A DNA stretch of 64,000 nt from Gammaproteobacteria bacterium (GCA_022825505.1 JAJDWR010000030.1:39169-103168); one strand, 5' to 3'; numbered from the stretch's first letter, positions 17,603 to 27,095 are shown. Notes: generated by a model from the letters alone, not told the origin. A program made the numbers and translations.

Positions 17603-18565
17603 ATGGACCTGCGCCAGATCCGATACTTCGTCGCTGTTGCCGAATCGAAAAGCCTGACGCGGGCGGTCGACCGGCTGGATGTTGCGCAGCCGGCGCTGAG
17701 CCTCAACATCAAGAGCCTCGAGCAGGAACTGGACGCACAGTTGTTCAACCGCAGCCAGCGCGGCATGGAACTGACCGACGCCGGCGGCGAGTTCCTGAAT
17801 CACGCCTACGGCATTCTTCGCCAGGTCGCCCAGGCTCAGCGCAGTGTCAACGACCTGGAGAGGGACCCGCACGGCAGCGTGGCCGTGGCCATGCCCCCGA
17901 GCCTCAGTCACGCACTCACGGTGCCGCTGTTCAATTACGTAAACGACCGGTTTCCGCGAATCGAACTGGATCTGGAAGAAGGGTTGCAGGCCAGCGTGCT
18001 GCCTGCCTTCGAACGCGGACAGTTCGACCTGCTCGTCCATTTCGATATTCCGAGGTCGAAGTCCCGGACCATCACCCCCATTTTTCGCGAACATCTGTAT
18101 CTGATCAGTCCGCTGGAAAATGGCGGTGAATCGGATGGATCGGACGTTTCCTTCCGCGAACTGGCCCGGCATCCGATCCTCAAGCCGTCGGACCGCAATA
18201 CCCTTGGCGCGCTGTTGGCGCGGCATGCCGCGAAGCAGGGTATCGAATTGAAGGGTCCCCCGATTCATACGCCGTACCATCAGACGATGCTGTTGATCAA
18301 GGCCGGAATCACCAGTGCCGTGTTGCCGTATTCCGCGGTCCACGACCTGGTGGGCAAGTCGGTCACCGCGCGCAAGATCGTACGGCCCGCGATTCGGCGG
18401 GACGTGGGCATCATCGCGCAGGCCGACCGTGCGCAGTCGTTTGCGACCCAGCAAGTCGCGCAGGCGATCAAGTCTGTCGTGACGCAACTGTGGCAATCGC
18501 GCAAGTGGCGCGGGGACTTGCTGATCGAGTCGGATGACGGGGCGGATGCCGCAATTGCGAGGTGA
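17603..18565 (+). CDS. LysR-family transcriptional regulator
   Basis: MDLRQIRYFVAVAESKSLTRAVDRLDVAQPALS HTH plus a LysR substrate-binding domain. ATG at 17603. Confidence 0.9.
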   Translation: MDLRQIRYFVAVAESKSLTRAVDRLDVAQPALSLNIKSLEQELDAQLFNRSQRGMELTDAGGEFLNHAYGILRQVAQAQRSVNDLERDPHGSVAVAMPPSLSHALTVPLFNYVNDRFPRIELDLEEGLQASVLPAFERGQFDLLVHFDIPRSKSRTITPIFREHLYLISPLENGGESDGSDVSFRELARHPILKPSDRNTLGALLARHAAKQGIELKGPPIHTPYHQTMLLIKAGITSAVLPYSAVHDLVGKSVTARKIVRPAIRRDVGIIAQADRAQSFATQQVAQAIKSVVTQLWQSRKWRGDLLIESDDGADAAIAR

Positions 18566-18569
18566 CGTT

Positions 18570-19292
18570 ATGAAAGTGCTGTTATCTGTCGCGTTGGCGA
18601 TTTGTTTGTTCGGCGCACTCCCGGCCGATGCCCAGCAGGGCTCGGATTCCGGAATGGACTTCCTGGGCGTCTACGCGCCACCGATCTTCGATGGCGGCGG
18701 TCCGCCCCGCCGCCAGCCGGAGATCATCCCGCTCTCCGAGGCCGGCCGCCAAGCGGTGGCGGATTACGATCCGGTGCTCGACAACCCGAGACTCCAGGAT
18801 GACTGCGCGCCGGAATTCATGCCAAGGCTCCTGTGGACCGGTAACCCCATCGAACTCCGCCAGGAAGACGGCGGCACGCTGATCATTCACTACGAACGGG
18901 GAGACACGTACCGTTACGTCGCCATGAACGGCGAGCCGCCGCCGGCTGACCGGGAAAATGCGCCTCTCGGTTACTCGGTCGGGCGCTGGGACGGCGATAT
19001 CCTTGTCATCGAAACGTCCCACATGGTGGGAGAACCCATTTCGGGCGGCTCACAGCCCCTCAGCCTTGAGGCCCGGGTCACGGAACGGTACTGGCGGGAA
19101 CCGGGCTCCATGGATCTGCAACTGGAGCTTGAGATCGATGACCCGGTGTATTACACGGAGACCTTCACCATGGGACGGGAATTCATCTGGGCGCCCGAAG
19201 AGGAGATTCGGGACTGGACCTGCGTCGATTTCGGGGACAGCACCGAACCGCCCGACATCGAGGAATTTCTGCGCATGCTGGAGGAACTCTAG
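18570..19292 (+). CDS. exported two-Cys 'GRWDGD' domain protein (no HH module)
   Basis: Signal peptide MKVLLSVALAICLFGALPADA. Motifs DDCAPEFMP...LGYSVGRWDGDILVIET...WTCVD. The start is 4 nt after the LysR stop. Confidence 0.8.
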   Translation: MKVLLSVALAICLFGALPADAQQGSDSGMDFLGVYAPPIFDGGGPPRRQPEIIPLSEAGRQAVADYDPVLDNPRLQDDCAPEFMPRLLWTGNPIELRQEDGGTLIIHYERGDTYRYVAMNGEPPPADRENAPLGYSVGRWDGDILVIETSHMVGEPISGGSQPLSLEARVTERYWREPGSMDLQLELEIDDPVYYTETFTMGREFIWAPEEEIRDWTCVDFGDSTEPPDIEEFLRMLEEL

Positions 19293-19317
19293 TGCGGTCC
19301 GTTGCCCGGAGGTCGTC

Positions 19318-21204
19318 ATGAGGTCTTTGAAACTTCTTCCGTTTCCGTTGCTGGCCTTGCTTCCGTATGCAGTGCACGCTCACCACGGAACCGTTACCAA
19401 CCCGCTCCTGTACCAGTCGGAACTCGTCGAGCTTCAGGGTGAGATCGTCGAGGTCTTTTGGCGCAACCCGCACACACGTGCAAAGCTGAGCGTTGTCGAC
19501 GAATTCGGCGCCGAAACGCTCTGGGAGATCGAATTCGGACCGAATCCCCGGCGCCTGGAAAACATGGGGCTCGCCCCCCACCATCTTCTCGGTACCGTTC
19601 GCGTGGCAGGCTTTGTGGCAAGGAACAATCCGCAGTCCCTCGGCATGCTGCACATCCTGATGCCCGACGGCAGGGAATACGTGCAGGGCGCCGGCCGCGA
19701 GATGCTCTGGTCGAACGACCGGCTGGTAGAACAGCCCGAACGTATCGATCCGGAAAAGGCGGTAACGGATGCCCTCGAAGCGGACGGAATATTTCGAAGT
19801 TGGGATACCCATTCCGGACCGTGGTTTGCCGGCGCTTTGCAGGAATTGGACTACACGGAGCGCGGCGCCGAACTCAATGCCGCATACGATCCGCTGACGG
19901 ACAATCGCCAGCTTCACTGCGAGCATGGCATGCCGGATGCGATGTTCGATCCGCGGCCGATGGGAATCTTTCGGGAAGGTAACGATATCCGCATCCAACT
20001 GGTCCAGTACGACATTCGGAGACTGATCCACATGGGTGAACCGGACCCGAATCCCGAGCCGTCCAACGTGGGCTACTCGGTGGGGAGGTGGGAAGGCGAT
20101 ACGCTGTTGGTTACCACCACACAAGTCGACTGGCCCTATTACTCCGACTACGGCACGCCGCAGTCGGATCAGGCTCGCTACGAAGAGAGCTTCCGGGTAG
20201 CCGAGGTAGACGGTGAGCCGGTGTTGCATTACGCGATCACGATCAGCGACCCGGTGGTATTCCCGGAGCCGCTGCATTTCGAGACCACCCGCACGCCGCT
20301 GCCCGGATACGAGTTCAGGCCCTACGACTGTACGGCCGAGTGGGAGGACTTCGCCCGGGCGGACGAATCAGAAATTCGTGCGGCAGTGGCGGCAATGGTG
20401 GACGAGTTTCTGAACGACAGGCCGGTTCAGCCCTTCGCCCCCGAGTTGTCCCTGGAAGAGGCGTATCGCTGGCAGGATGAACTGGTGGAGATGCTGCGCC
20501 CGACCCTGGGTGAAGTGGTGGGCTACAAGACCGGCGGCCATAGTCCGGGACCCGCCAACCCCAATTTCCCGGCCGGCGGAATCAGGGCGCAATTGCTTTC
20601 CGGCATGTTTCTGGAGAACGGCGCCGCCGTCCGCCTGGACGAAATGGGGGCGGTCAGCTTCCTGGAAGCCGATTTCGCGTTTCGCGTGGGCAGTGCCGAC
20701 ATCAATGACGCCGAGTCGGATCTGGAGATTCTTGCCGGTCTCGATGCCGTCGTCCCGTTCGCCGAGATTCCGGACCCGACGTCCGAGCCGGACGAGAACG
20801 GCATGATCAGGGGCATCGTCGGAAACATGTCGACACGCATCGCCCTGGCCGGCGAGCCCGTCGCCATCGGCTCGACGGAAGAGTGGCTGCAACGCCTGAA
20901 CAACATGGAGTATGCGGTGCTCGACGAGAACGGGACGGTCATCCAACGGAGGTCGATGGCGGACTGGTACCGGCCCATCGACGCTGTTCGATGGCTCAGG
21001 GACCACTTGCAGTCCCACGGCAAGGACCTGATGCCGGGGCAACTCCTCTCATTGGGTAATCTCGGCATCAATCGGCCGTTCTTCGACGGAACCGCGCGGG
21101 GCGACGTCTACACCGGTGACCGGTACCACGTCGAGTACTACGGCCTGCGCGACGACGGCGCGCCTGCCACGGTGACCATCAACATCATTCGCGGCGGCGA
21201 CTGA
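19318..21204 (+). CDS. exported three-domain fusion: HH...NPH module + two-Cys 'GRWEGD' domain + MhpD/HpcG-like hydratase/decarboxylase (FAH-superfamily) domain
   Basis: Signal peptide ends VHA, followed by HHGT. Motifs WRNPHTRA, HCEHGMP...VGYSVGRWEGDTLLVTT...YDCT. The C-terminal ~280 aa align by eye with 2-keto-4-pentenoate hydratase (EEAYRWQ..VVGYKTGG, FLEADFAFRV, VVPFAEIPD, PIDAVRWLRDHL..GQLLSLGNLG). Confidence 0.85.
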   Translation: MRSLKLLPFPLLALLPYAVHAHHGTVTNPLLYQSELVELQGEIVEVFWRNPHTRAKLSVVDEFGAETLWEIEFGPNPRRLENMGLAPHHLLGTVRVAGFVARNNPQSLGMLHILMPDGREYVQGAGREMLWSNDRLVEQPERIDPEKAVTDALEADGIFRSWDTHSGPWFAGALQELDYTERGAELNAAYDPLTDNRQLHCEHGMPDAMFDPRPMGIFREGNDIRIQLVQYDIRRLIHMGEPDPNPEPSNVGYSVGRWEGDTLLVTTTQVDWPYYSDYGTPQSDQARYEESFRVAEVDGEPVLHYAITISDPVVFPEPLHFETTRTPLPGYEFRPYDCTAEWEDFARADESEIRAAVAAMVDEFLNDRPVQPFAPELSLEEAYRWQDELVEMLRPTLGEVVGYKTGGHSPGPANPNFPAGGIRAQLLSGMFLENGAAVRLDEMGAVSFLEADFAFRVGSADINDAESDLEILAGLDAVVPFAEIPDPTSEPDENGMIRGIVGNMSTRIALAGEPVAIGSTEEWLQRLNNMEYAVLDENGTVIQRRSMADWYRPIDAVRWLRDHLQSHGKDLMPGQLLSLGNLGINRPFFDGTARGDVYTGDRYHVEYYGLRDDGAPATVTINIIRGGD

Positions 21205-21280
21205 CAAGCGATTTTCTGCAGTCTTGCAGCCGCGACGTTGCGCAGGTTCGTTCTTCGTTGGCTGTATTAGGAGATGAACA

Positions 21281-22612
21281 GTGAGTGTTGAACGATCCGG
21301 CGGCCTTCAGGCGGCTGACAGTGCTTACATGACCGGATTCGGTAACGAGCACGCTACTGAAGCCGAGGCCGGTGCACTGCCCATCGGCCGCAGTTCGCCG
21401 CAGAAGGCACCGCTGGGGCTCTATGCGGAAAAGTACAGCGGCACCGCGTTCACCGCGCCAAAGGCGAGGAATTTCCGCTCGTGGTTCTACCGGATCCGGC
21501 CGTCCGTGGCGACGGTCGGGTTCGAGGCCGTCGGCCATTCACGGCTGCTGAATGCCCCGGTCGGCGGTGCGGCGACGCCGCCGGACCCGATGCGATGGCA
21601 TCCCTTCCCGTTGCCCGACGAGCCGGCGGATTTCGTCGATGGCCTGTTCACCCTGGCCGCCTGCGGCGACGCGCACGCCCAGATCGGCGCCGGCGTGCAT
21701 ATCTATTGTGCGAACCGTTCCATGGACGACCGGTATTTCTACGACTGCGATGGCGAACTGCTGATCGTTCCCCAGGCCGGGACGCTGCGGATCCATACCG
21801 AGTGCGGCGTGCTGGACGTGCCGCCAAAGTCGATCGCGGTGATTCCCCGGGGACTCAAGTTTCGGGTGGAACTCACCGATGGGACCGCCCGCGGTTATGT
21901 CTGCGAGAACTACGGAGCCTTGCTCGAACTGCCGGAGCGCGGGCCGATCGGATCGGACTGTTTGGCCAACAGCAGAGACTTTGAGGCGCCGGTCGCCGCC
22001 TACGAGGATCGCGACGGGGACTTCGAATTGCTCTGCAAGCTGGACGGGCAGCTATACGTTTCCCGCGTGAAGCACTCGCCGCTGGACGTGGTGGCATGGC
22101 ATGGCAGCCTCTATCCCTACCGATACGATCTGGATCGATTCAATGTCATCGGGTCCGTGAGTTACGACCACCCCGATCCCTCGATCTTCACCGTCCTCAC
22201 ATCCCAATCGGATTCGCCGGGTACGGCGAACGTGGATTTCGTCATTTTCCCGCCCCGGTGGCTGACGATGGAGGACACCTTTCGCCCGGCCTGGTACCAC
22301 CGCAACGTCATGTCGGAGTACATGGGCCTGATCACCGGCGTTTACGATGCCAAGACCTCGGGCGGATTCACGCCCGGCGCGTCGAGCCTGCACAACTGCA
22401 TGGTGCCCCACGGTCCCGACGGGGAAGCCTACGAGCGGGCCACCACCATGGAACTGAAGCCCGAACGCCTGCGGGATACGATGGCGTTTATGTTCGAGTC
22501 GCGCTACCTGATCCGACCGACTCGGCTTGCGCTGGACGCGCCGGAGCACCAGTTGGACTACCCGGGCGTCTGGGACGGGCTCAGGCGGCATTTCGGGCAG
22601 CCCGGTAGTTGA
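21281..22612 (+). CDS. hmgA: homogentisate 1,2-dioxygenase
   Basis: 443 aa. [45 protein letters not shown] is the canonical HmgA N-terminus. GTG start with AGGAGA 6 nt upstream. Confidence 0.95.
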   Translation: MSVERSGGLQAADSAYMTGFGNEHATEAEAGALPIGRSSPQKAPLGLYAEKYSGTAFTAPKARNFRSWFYRIRPSVATVGFEAVGHSRLLNAPVGGAATPPDPMRWHPFPLPDEPADFVDGLFTLAACGDAHAQIGAGVHIYCANRSMDDRYFYDCDGELLIVPQAGTLRIHTECGVLDVPPKSIAVIPRGLKFRVELTDGTARGYVCENYGALLELPERGPIGSDCLANSRDFEAPVAAYEDRDGDFELLCKLDGQLYVSRVKHSPLDVVAWHGSLYPYRYDLDRFNVIGSVSYDHPDPSIFTVLTSQSDSPGTANVDFVIFPPRWLTMEDTFRPAWYHRNVMSEYMGLITGVYDAKTSGGFTPGASSLHNCMVPHGPDGEAYERATTMELKPERLRDTMAFMFESRYLIRPTRLALDAPEHQLDYPGVWDGLRRHFGQPGS

Positions 22613-22679
22613 GTCGGGCAGCCTGGTAGTTGTGTCGGGTGGCCTGGTAGTTGTGTCGGGTGGCCCGATCATTGAGGCG
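22598..22679 (+). repeat. 21-bp tandem repeat, 3 good units plus 1 degenerate unit, overlapping the hmgA stop codon
   Basis: Units: cagcccggtagttgagtcggg / cagcctggtagttgtgtcggg / tggcctggtagttgtgtcggg / tggcccgatcattgaggcg. The hmgA TGA (22610-22612) sits inside unit 1. Confidence 0.9.
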
Positions 22680-22883
22680 AACGGGCACAGGGGACGCGCA
22701 CCGGTAGTTCGACGTTGCCGAACCGCCCCGGCTGACTGACGTTTAACGAAACCAAAAGACACTATTAGGCTCGCGGGGTGTTACGGGAGTGGCCAAGCGG
22801 ATATTGTTCGGTGCTGCTCGGCTTGGGTAGTCCAATGCCCGCGGCAACTGCGAGAATGCCGACCGAGCGAATTGGAGGTAAAC

Positions 22884-24395
22884 ATGGTGGCAAGTCTGGC
22901 GAACGATTTCGGTCAACTGCGCGGAGATGTCCGCAACTATCTGGATTGCGAACGGCGTCTTCTGATCGGCGGGGAGTGGGTACCCGCGTCCAGCGGCGCG
23001 ACGTTTCCGGTAATCGACCCTTCATCGGGGAAGGAGATCGCGCGCGTCGCCGAGGCGGGCGCCGCCGATGTCGATGCCGCCGTGGCGGCCGCGCGCAAGG
23101 CGTTCGAGGATCCGGCCTGGCGCGGCATGGCGCCGGAAGCCCGCGAACGCCTGCTCTGGCGTCTGGCGGACCTGGTCGAACAGAACGCAGACGAACTCGG
23201 ACAGATCGAAACCGTCGACAACGGCATGCTCGGATTCGTGGCGCGCAACCTCAATGTCATGGGCGCGGCCGGGGCCATTCGAAGCATCGGCGGATGGTCC
23301 AGCAAGATTTTCGGCAAGACTGCAGACATCGTGGCTCCGTTCCCCGGTGCTGAATGCTTCGGATACACGGTCAAGGAACCGGTTGGCGTCGTGGGCGCCA
23401 TCATTCCGTGGAACGTACCGTTGATGCTGGCGTCCTGGAAGCTCGCACCGGCGCTCGCCGCCGGCTGCACGGTGGTGCTTAAGCCGGCGGAGCAGACGCC
23501 GCTGTCGGCGTTGCGGCTGGGCGAACTGGCCGTGGAGGCCGGGTTCCCGCCTGGCGTAATCAACATCGTCACCGGATACGGAGAAACCGCGGGAGCGGCC
23601 CTGGTGGAGCACCCCGCCGTGGACAAGATTTCGTTCACCGGGTCCACCGTCACCGGCAAGCTCATCAACCGGGCCGCCACCGAGACGGTCAAGCGGGTCA
23701 CTCTGGAACTCGGCGGCAAGTCGCCGACCATCGTTTTCGACGACGCCGATATCGAAACCGCCATCGGCGGAGCGGCCGACTCGATCTTCTTCAACGCCGG
23801 ACAGGTTTGCGTGGCAGGCTCGCGCCTCTACGTGCAGCGGCGCAGGTTCGATGAGGTCGTATCCGGCGTAGCGGACCACGCCAACCGCCTCCGGCTGGGC
23901 GCCGGCCTGGATCCGGAGTCGCAGTTGGGCCCCCTGGTTTCGCACGACCAGCAGCAGCGCGTCTCCGGCTACATCCGGGTCGGTACCGAGGAGGGTGCGG
24001 AAGTGATCGCCGGCGGCAAGCCGGTCGACGCGGACGGGTACTACGTGCCACCCACCGTGCTGGTGAACACGAAGCCGACTTCGACGGTGGTTCAGGAAGA
24101 GATCTTCGGCCCGGTGCTGGTGGCGATGCCCTTCGACGATATCGACGAAGTCGTGGCGCAGGCCAATTCGACCATTTACGGGCTGGCGGCCACGGTGTGG
24201 AGCAACAACCTGTCGACCGTGCACCGGATCGTGCGCCGGCTGCGCTGCGGCAAGGTGAGCGTCAACACGGGTGGTTTCCCCCATGCAACGCTGCCCGAAG
24301 GAGGTTTCAAGCAGTCCGGGTTCGGGCGGGACCTCGGCTACGAGTCCGTGCTCGGCTATCTCGAGAACAAGAGCGTTCTGATCCGACTGCAATAG
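22884..24395 (+). CDS. NAD(P)+-dependent aldehyde dehydrogenase
   Basis: ALDH motifs ELGGKSP and catalytic FFNAGQVCVAGSR. ATG at 22884 with GGAGG upstream. Confidence 0.93.
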   Translation: MVASLANDFGQLRGDVRNYLDCERRLLIGGEWVPASSGATFPVIDPSSGKEIARVAEAGAADVDAAVAAARKAFEDPAWRGMAPEARERLLWRLADLVEQNADELGQIETVDNGMLGFVARNLNVMGAAGAIRSIGGWSSKIFGKTADIVAPFPGAECFGYTVKEPVGVVGAIIPWNVPLMLASWKLAPALAAGCTVVLKPAEQTPLSALRLGELAVEAGFPPGVINIVTGYGETAGAALVEHPAVDKISFTGSTVTGKLINRAATETVKRVTLELGGKSPTIVFDDADIETAIGGAADSIFFNAGQVCVAGSRLYVQRRRFDEVVSGVADHANRLRLGAGLDPESQLGPLVSHDQQQRVSGYIRVGTEEGAEVIAGGKPVDADGYYVPPTVLVNTKPTSTVVQEEIFGPVLVAMPFDDIDEVVAQANSTIYGLAATVWSNNLSTVHRIVRRLRCGKVSVNTGGFPHATLPEGGFKQSGFGRDLGYESVLGYLENKSVLIRLQ

Positions 24396-24496
24396 GGTCC
24401 GACCGCCTGGAGCCGTTGTGTCTGGTTCCAGTCGCCGAAGAGCCTTTATCTGTACAAGCCATCCATTTCACCTATTCAAAATAACCGGGAGAGCGC

Positions 24497-25480
24497 ATGA
24501 AGCTTGCGACATTGCGCGGCGAGAGCCGCGACGGCGACCTGATCGTCGTAAACAGGGACCTGAACACGGGCGTCCGTGTGCCGAACGTCGCTGCGAATCT
24601 GCAGGCCGCACTGGACAATTGGGCCGTGGCCGAACAGCCGCTGGCAGACGCCTATGAGCAACTCAACACGGGTGAAATGCCGGATTCGTTTCCCATCGTC
24701 ACCAGCGATCTCACATCGCCGCTCCCCCGTTGCTACCAGTTCCTGGACGGCTCGGTCTATCCGAACCACATGGCGGTGATCCGCAAGGCGCGGGGAGACT
24801 CGCTGCCGGAGGACTTTTACGAAAAGCCGCTGCTCTACCAGGGGATGTCCCACGAGATTCTCGGGCCGTACGAACCGCTCCTGTTGCCGGATGATGCCCC
24901 CTACGGCGTCGATTTCGAGGCGGAAGTGGTCGTGATCACCGACGACGTGCCCATGGGCGTTTCCCGCGAAGAGGCCTCCGGTCACATCAAGCTGCTCGGC
25001 CTGCTCAACGATTTCTCGCTGCGGGCAATCATTCCGCCGGAAATCGGCCGCAAGTTCGGCTTCATGCAGGGCAAGCCCGCCAACGCGCTGGGTCCCTTCG
25101 TGGTGACGCCCGACGAGTTGGGCGAGTCCTGGAACGGCGGACTCCTTAGCGGGCGGTACGTATGCGAACTCAACGGCGAGCGGTTCGGCGAACTGGACCC
25201 GGGCAGGGACAACGCGTTCGACTACCTCGATCTCATCGTCCACGCGACACTTACCCGCGGCCTTTGCGCCGGTACGGTCATCGGCGCCGGCGCGCTCGGC
25301 AACGAAGACCGCTCGACCGGAACCGGATGCATCGCGGAAAAACGCGCCAGGGAGTTCCTCGAGACCGGCGAGGCAAAGTCCCCGTTCATGAATTTCGGCG
25401 ACGTTGTCCGCCTGGAAATGTTCCACGACGACGGCCGCTCGATGTTCGGCGCCATAGAGCAGACGGTCAAACGCGCGTAG
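24497..25480 (+). CDS. fumarylacetoacetate hydrolase (FAH)-family protein, ~330-aa bacterial type
   Basis: 327 aa. FAH-fold pattern (DFEAEVVVITDD, FSLRAI, GTVIGAGAL). Lies in an hmgA context. Confidence 0.88.
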   Translation: MKLATLRGESRDGDLIVVNRDLNTGVRVPNVAANLQAALDNWAVAEQPLADAYEQLNTGEMPDSFPIVTSDLTSPLPRCYQFLDGSVYPNHMAVIRKARGDSLPEDFYEKPLLYQGMSHEILGPYEPLLLPDDAPYGVDFEAEVVVITDDVPMGVSREEASGHIKLLGLLNDFSLRAIIPPEIGRKFGFMQGKPANALGPFVVTPDELGESWNGGLLSGRYVCELNGERFGELDPGRDNAFDYLDLIVHATLTRGLCAGTVIGAGALGNEDRSTGTGCIAEKRAREFLETGEAKSPFMNFGDVVRLEMFHDDGRSMFGAIEQTVKRA

Positions 25481-25606
25481 ACGTCGTAACAGATCGCGGG
25501 ACGTACCGGCGACTCTGACATATGCCACGCGACCGTTGCCGAACTTGCCATGCGAGCGCGCCTGGCCATAATTTTCGTATAACCGGTGCCTGCCTGGCGG
25601 ACTCAC

Positions 25607-26503
25607 ATGCTTCAGACTCGAAGGCTTTATCACTTTCTCGCTATCGCGAATTCCGGTTCCATCACGCAGGCGGCCGATCAGATCGGCGTAACGCAGCCGG
25701 CATTGACCCGCAGTTTGAAGCAACTGGAAAACGAACTGAACGTCTTGCTCGTGGAGCGCAAGCCGAGCGGTATCGAACTGACGCCCGAGGGAAAGATCCT
25801 GGCGCGCCGGGTCAAGCTGATGAACCTCGAGTATCAGCACGCGCTCGCCGAAATAACCGAGTGGTCCCGGGGCGTGCGGGGTCGCCTGAATATCGCCGCC
25901 GGCCCGACCTGGATTTGCTGGATCCTGCCGCCGGTCATTGCCGAGTTCCAGCAGGCCTATCCGGACATCCGAGTGTCGCTGACGGGAGGGGGGTTCGAAT
26001 CCCAGTTGGAGCGATTGCTTTCCGGAGACGTGGATGCCGTCTGCGGTACCCTGGACTTTCCCGCCCACGCGGAACTCGTCAAGGAACCTCTCACGAGGCT
26101 GAGACACACGATCGTCGCTCGCGACGGGCACCCCCTGGCAGGCGAGGAAATCGTTTCACCCCGGGACATCGCCCGATACTCGTGGGTGATCCTGTCGGAT
26201 GATCATGTGAGTTCCGGCCGTATCGGCGCCTACTTCGTAGCCAACGGACTCGAGCCCCCGAAGGTCGTCGTGGAGACCAACGCTTTCGGCGCCTTGTTCC
26301 TGGTCCGGAGTTCGGACCTGCTCACGACATTCGCTTCTGCCGCGAAACCGGTTCTGAAAGATCTGTCGCTTACGACGATCCGCCACCCGGGAACGTTCTG
26401 GGACTTCGAGGCGGGCCTCACGCGCCTCAAAACGACGCGGCCCAGTGCCGCGCTGAACGCGTTCAGAACGATTCTGCGCAGCCATCTCGCCGACGCCAAT
26501 TAA
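25607..26503 (+). CDS. LysR-family transcriptional regulator
   Basis: MLQTRRLYHFLAIANSGSITQAADQIGVTQPALTRSLKQLE HTH plus an effector domain. Confidence 0.9.
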   Translation: MLQTRRLYHFLAIANSGSITQAADQIGVTQPALTRSLKQLENELNVLLVERKPSGIELTPEGKILARRVKLMNLEYQHALAEITEWSRGVRGRLNIAAGPTWICWILPPVIAEFQQAYPDIRVSLTGGGFESQLERLLSGDVDAVCGTLDFPAHAELVKEPLTRLRHTIVARDGHPLAGEEIVSPRDIARYSWVILSDDHVSSGRIGAYFVANGLEPPKVVVETNAFGALFLVRSSDLLTTFASAAKPVLKDLSLTTIRHPGTFWDFEAGLTRLKTTRPSAALNAFRTILRSHLADAN

Positions 26504-26526
26504 AGCCGCAAAACGCCCCGGTGCGC

Positions 26527-26850
26527 TCAGCGCCCATCGGCGACATGGTCGAGGACATCCGATTTTCTGAACCGGTAGCGATTCCCCTTCATGGTGTATC
26601 TGATTTTCTTCCCCTTGATCTTGCGGCGGACGGTCGACTCGGAAACGCCCAGAAATTCGCAAACCTCCCGCAGCGTCATGAGGTCGGATTCGCCGAACAA
26701 CCTCATGGAATCGGTGATGTCGACTCCGATTACATGCCCCGCCTTGTCGTAGCGAACAATGATGCCTTCGGCATAGACGGACCTGGCTTCGACCTGCTCG
26801 AAGAAGTCGATCGAAAGGTAATCCCGTGCGGCGTCGTGATGTATTTTCAT
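26527..26850 (-). CDS. DUF2283-like domain fused to excisionase/MerR-type HTH (putative antitoxin)
   Basis: MKIHHDAARDYLSIDF...GHVIGVDI (DUF2283-like) followed by MTLREVCEFLGVSESTVRRKIKGKK (HTH_17-like). ATG at 26848-26850 overlaps the upstream stop by 4 nt. Confidence 0.75.
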   Translation of the reverse strand: MKIHHDAARDYLSIDFFEQVEARSVYAEGIIVRYDKAGHVIGVDITDSMRLFGESDLMTLREVCEFLGVSESTVRRKIKGKKIRYTMKGNRYRFRKSDVLDHVADGR

Positions 26851-27095
26851 TCCCGTACCTCGAAGTGAGTCATGACGGTGATCACCGACCATGCCCGCCC
26901 GTCGTCCACGGCAACCACGGCAATCGTGTTGTCGCTCCGGCCTCCCAGGCGCTTGAAGGCGATGACCTTGTCCCTCGATTGTGCGATGACGCCATCCGGA
27001 TTCCGGAGCACGTCCTGAACTTCCTGTGGCGAAATGCCTCGCTGTATCATCCGCTCCACAGCGTGGGACCCGTATCGGATTTCCATGTTCCGCAC
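26847..27095 (-). CDS. DUF4258-like putative toxin
   Basis: 82 aa. The HAVERMIQRGISPQEVQDVL pattern is typical of DUF4258. Forms a bicistron with the following small gene. Confidence 0.72.
   Translation of the reverse strand: MRNMEIRYGSHAVERMIQRGISPQEVQDVLRNPDGVIAQSRDKVIAFKRLGGRSDNTIAVVAVDDGRAWSVITVMTHFEVRE

Noticed and set aside
16435-18129. 564-aa ORF on the + strand
   Set aside because: It runs antisense through the cytochrome c/propeller gene and out-of-frame into the LysR gene. Its composition is Arg/Gly-rich, so it is an artefact.
22598-22679. Possible CRISPR array
   Set aside because: The units are directly adjacent 21-mers with no spacers, and there are no cas genes. It is a simple tandem repeat.
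22052-22762. 236-aa minus-strand ORF with PPDTTTR repeats
   Set aside because: The repeats are the antisense reading of the 21-bp tandem repeat, and most of the ORF is antisense to hmgA.
24476-26131. 551-aa ORF on the - strand
   Set aside because: Antisense to both the FAH-family gene and the LysR gene. It crosses an intergenic region and has no motifs.
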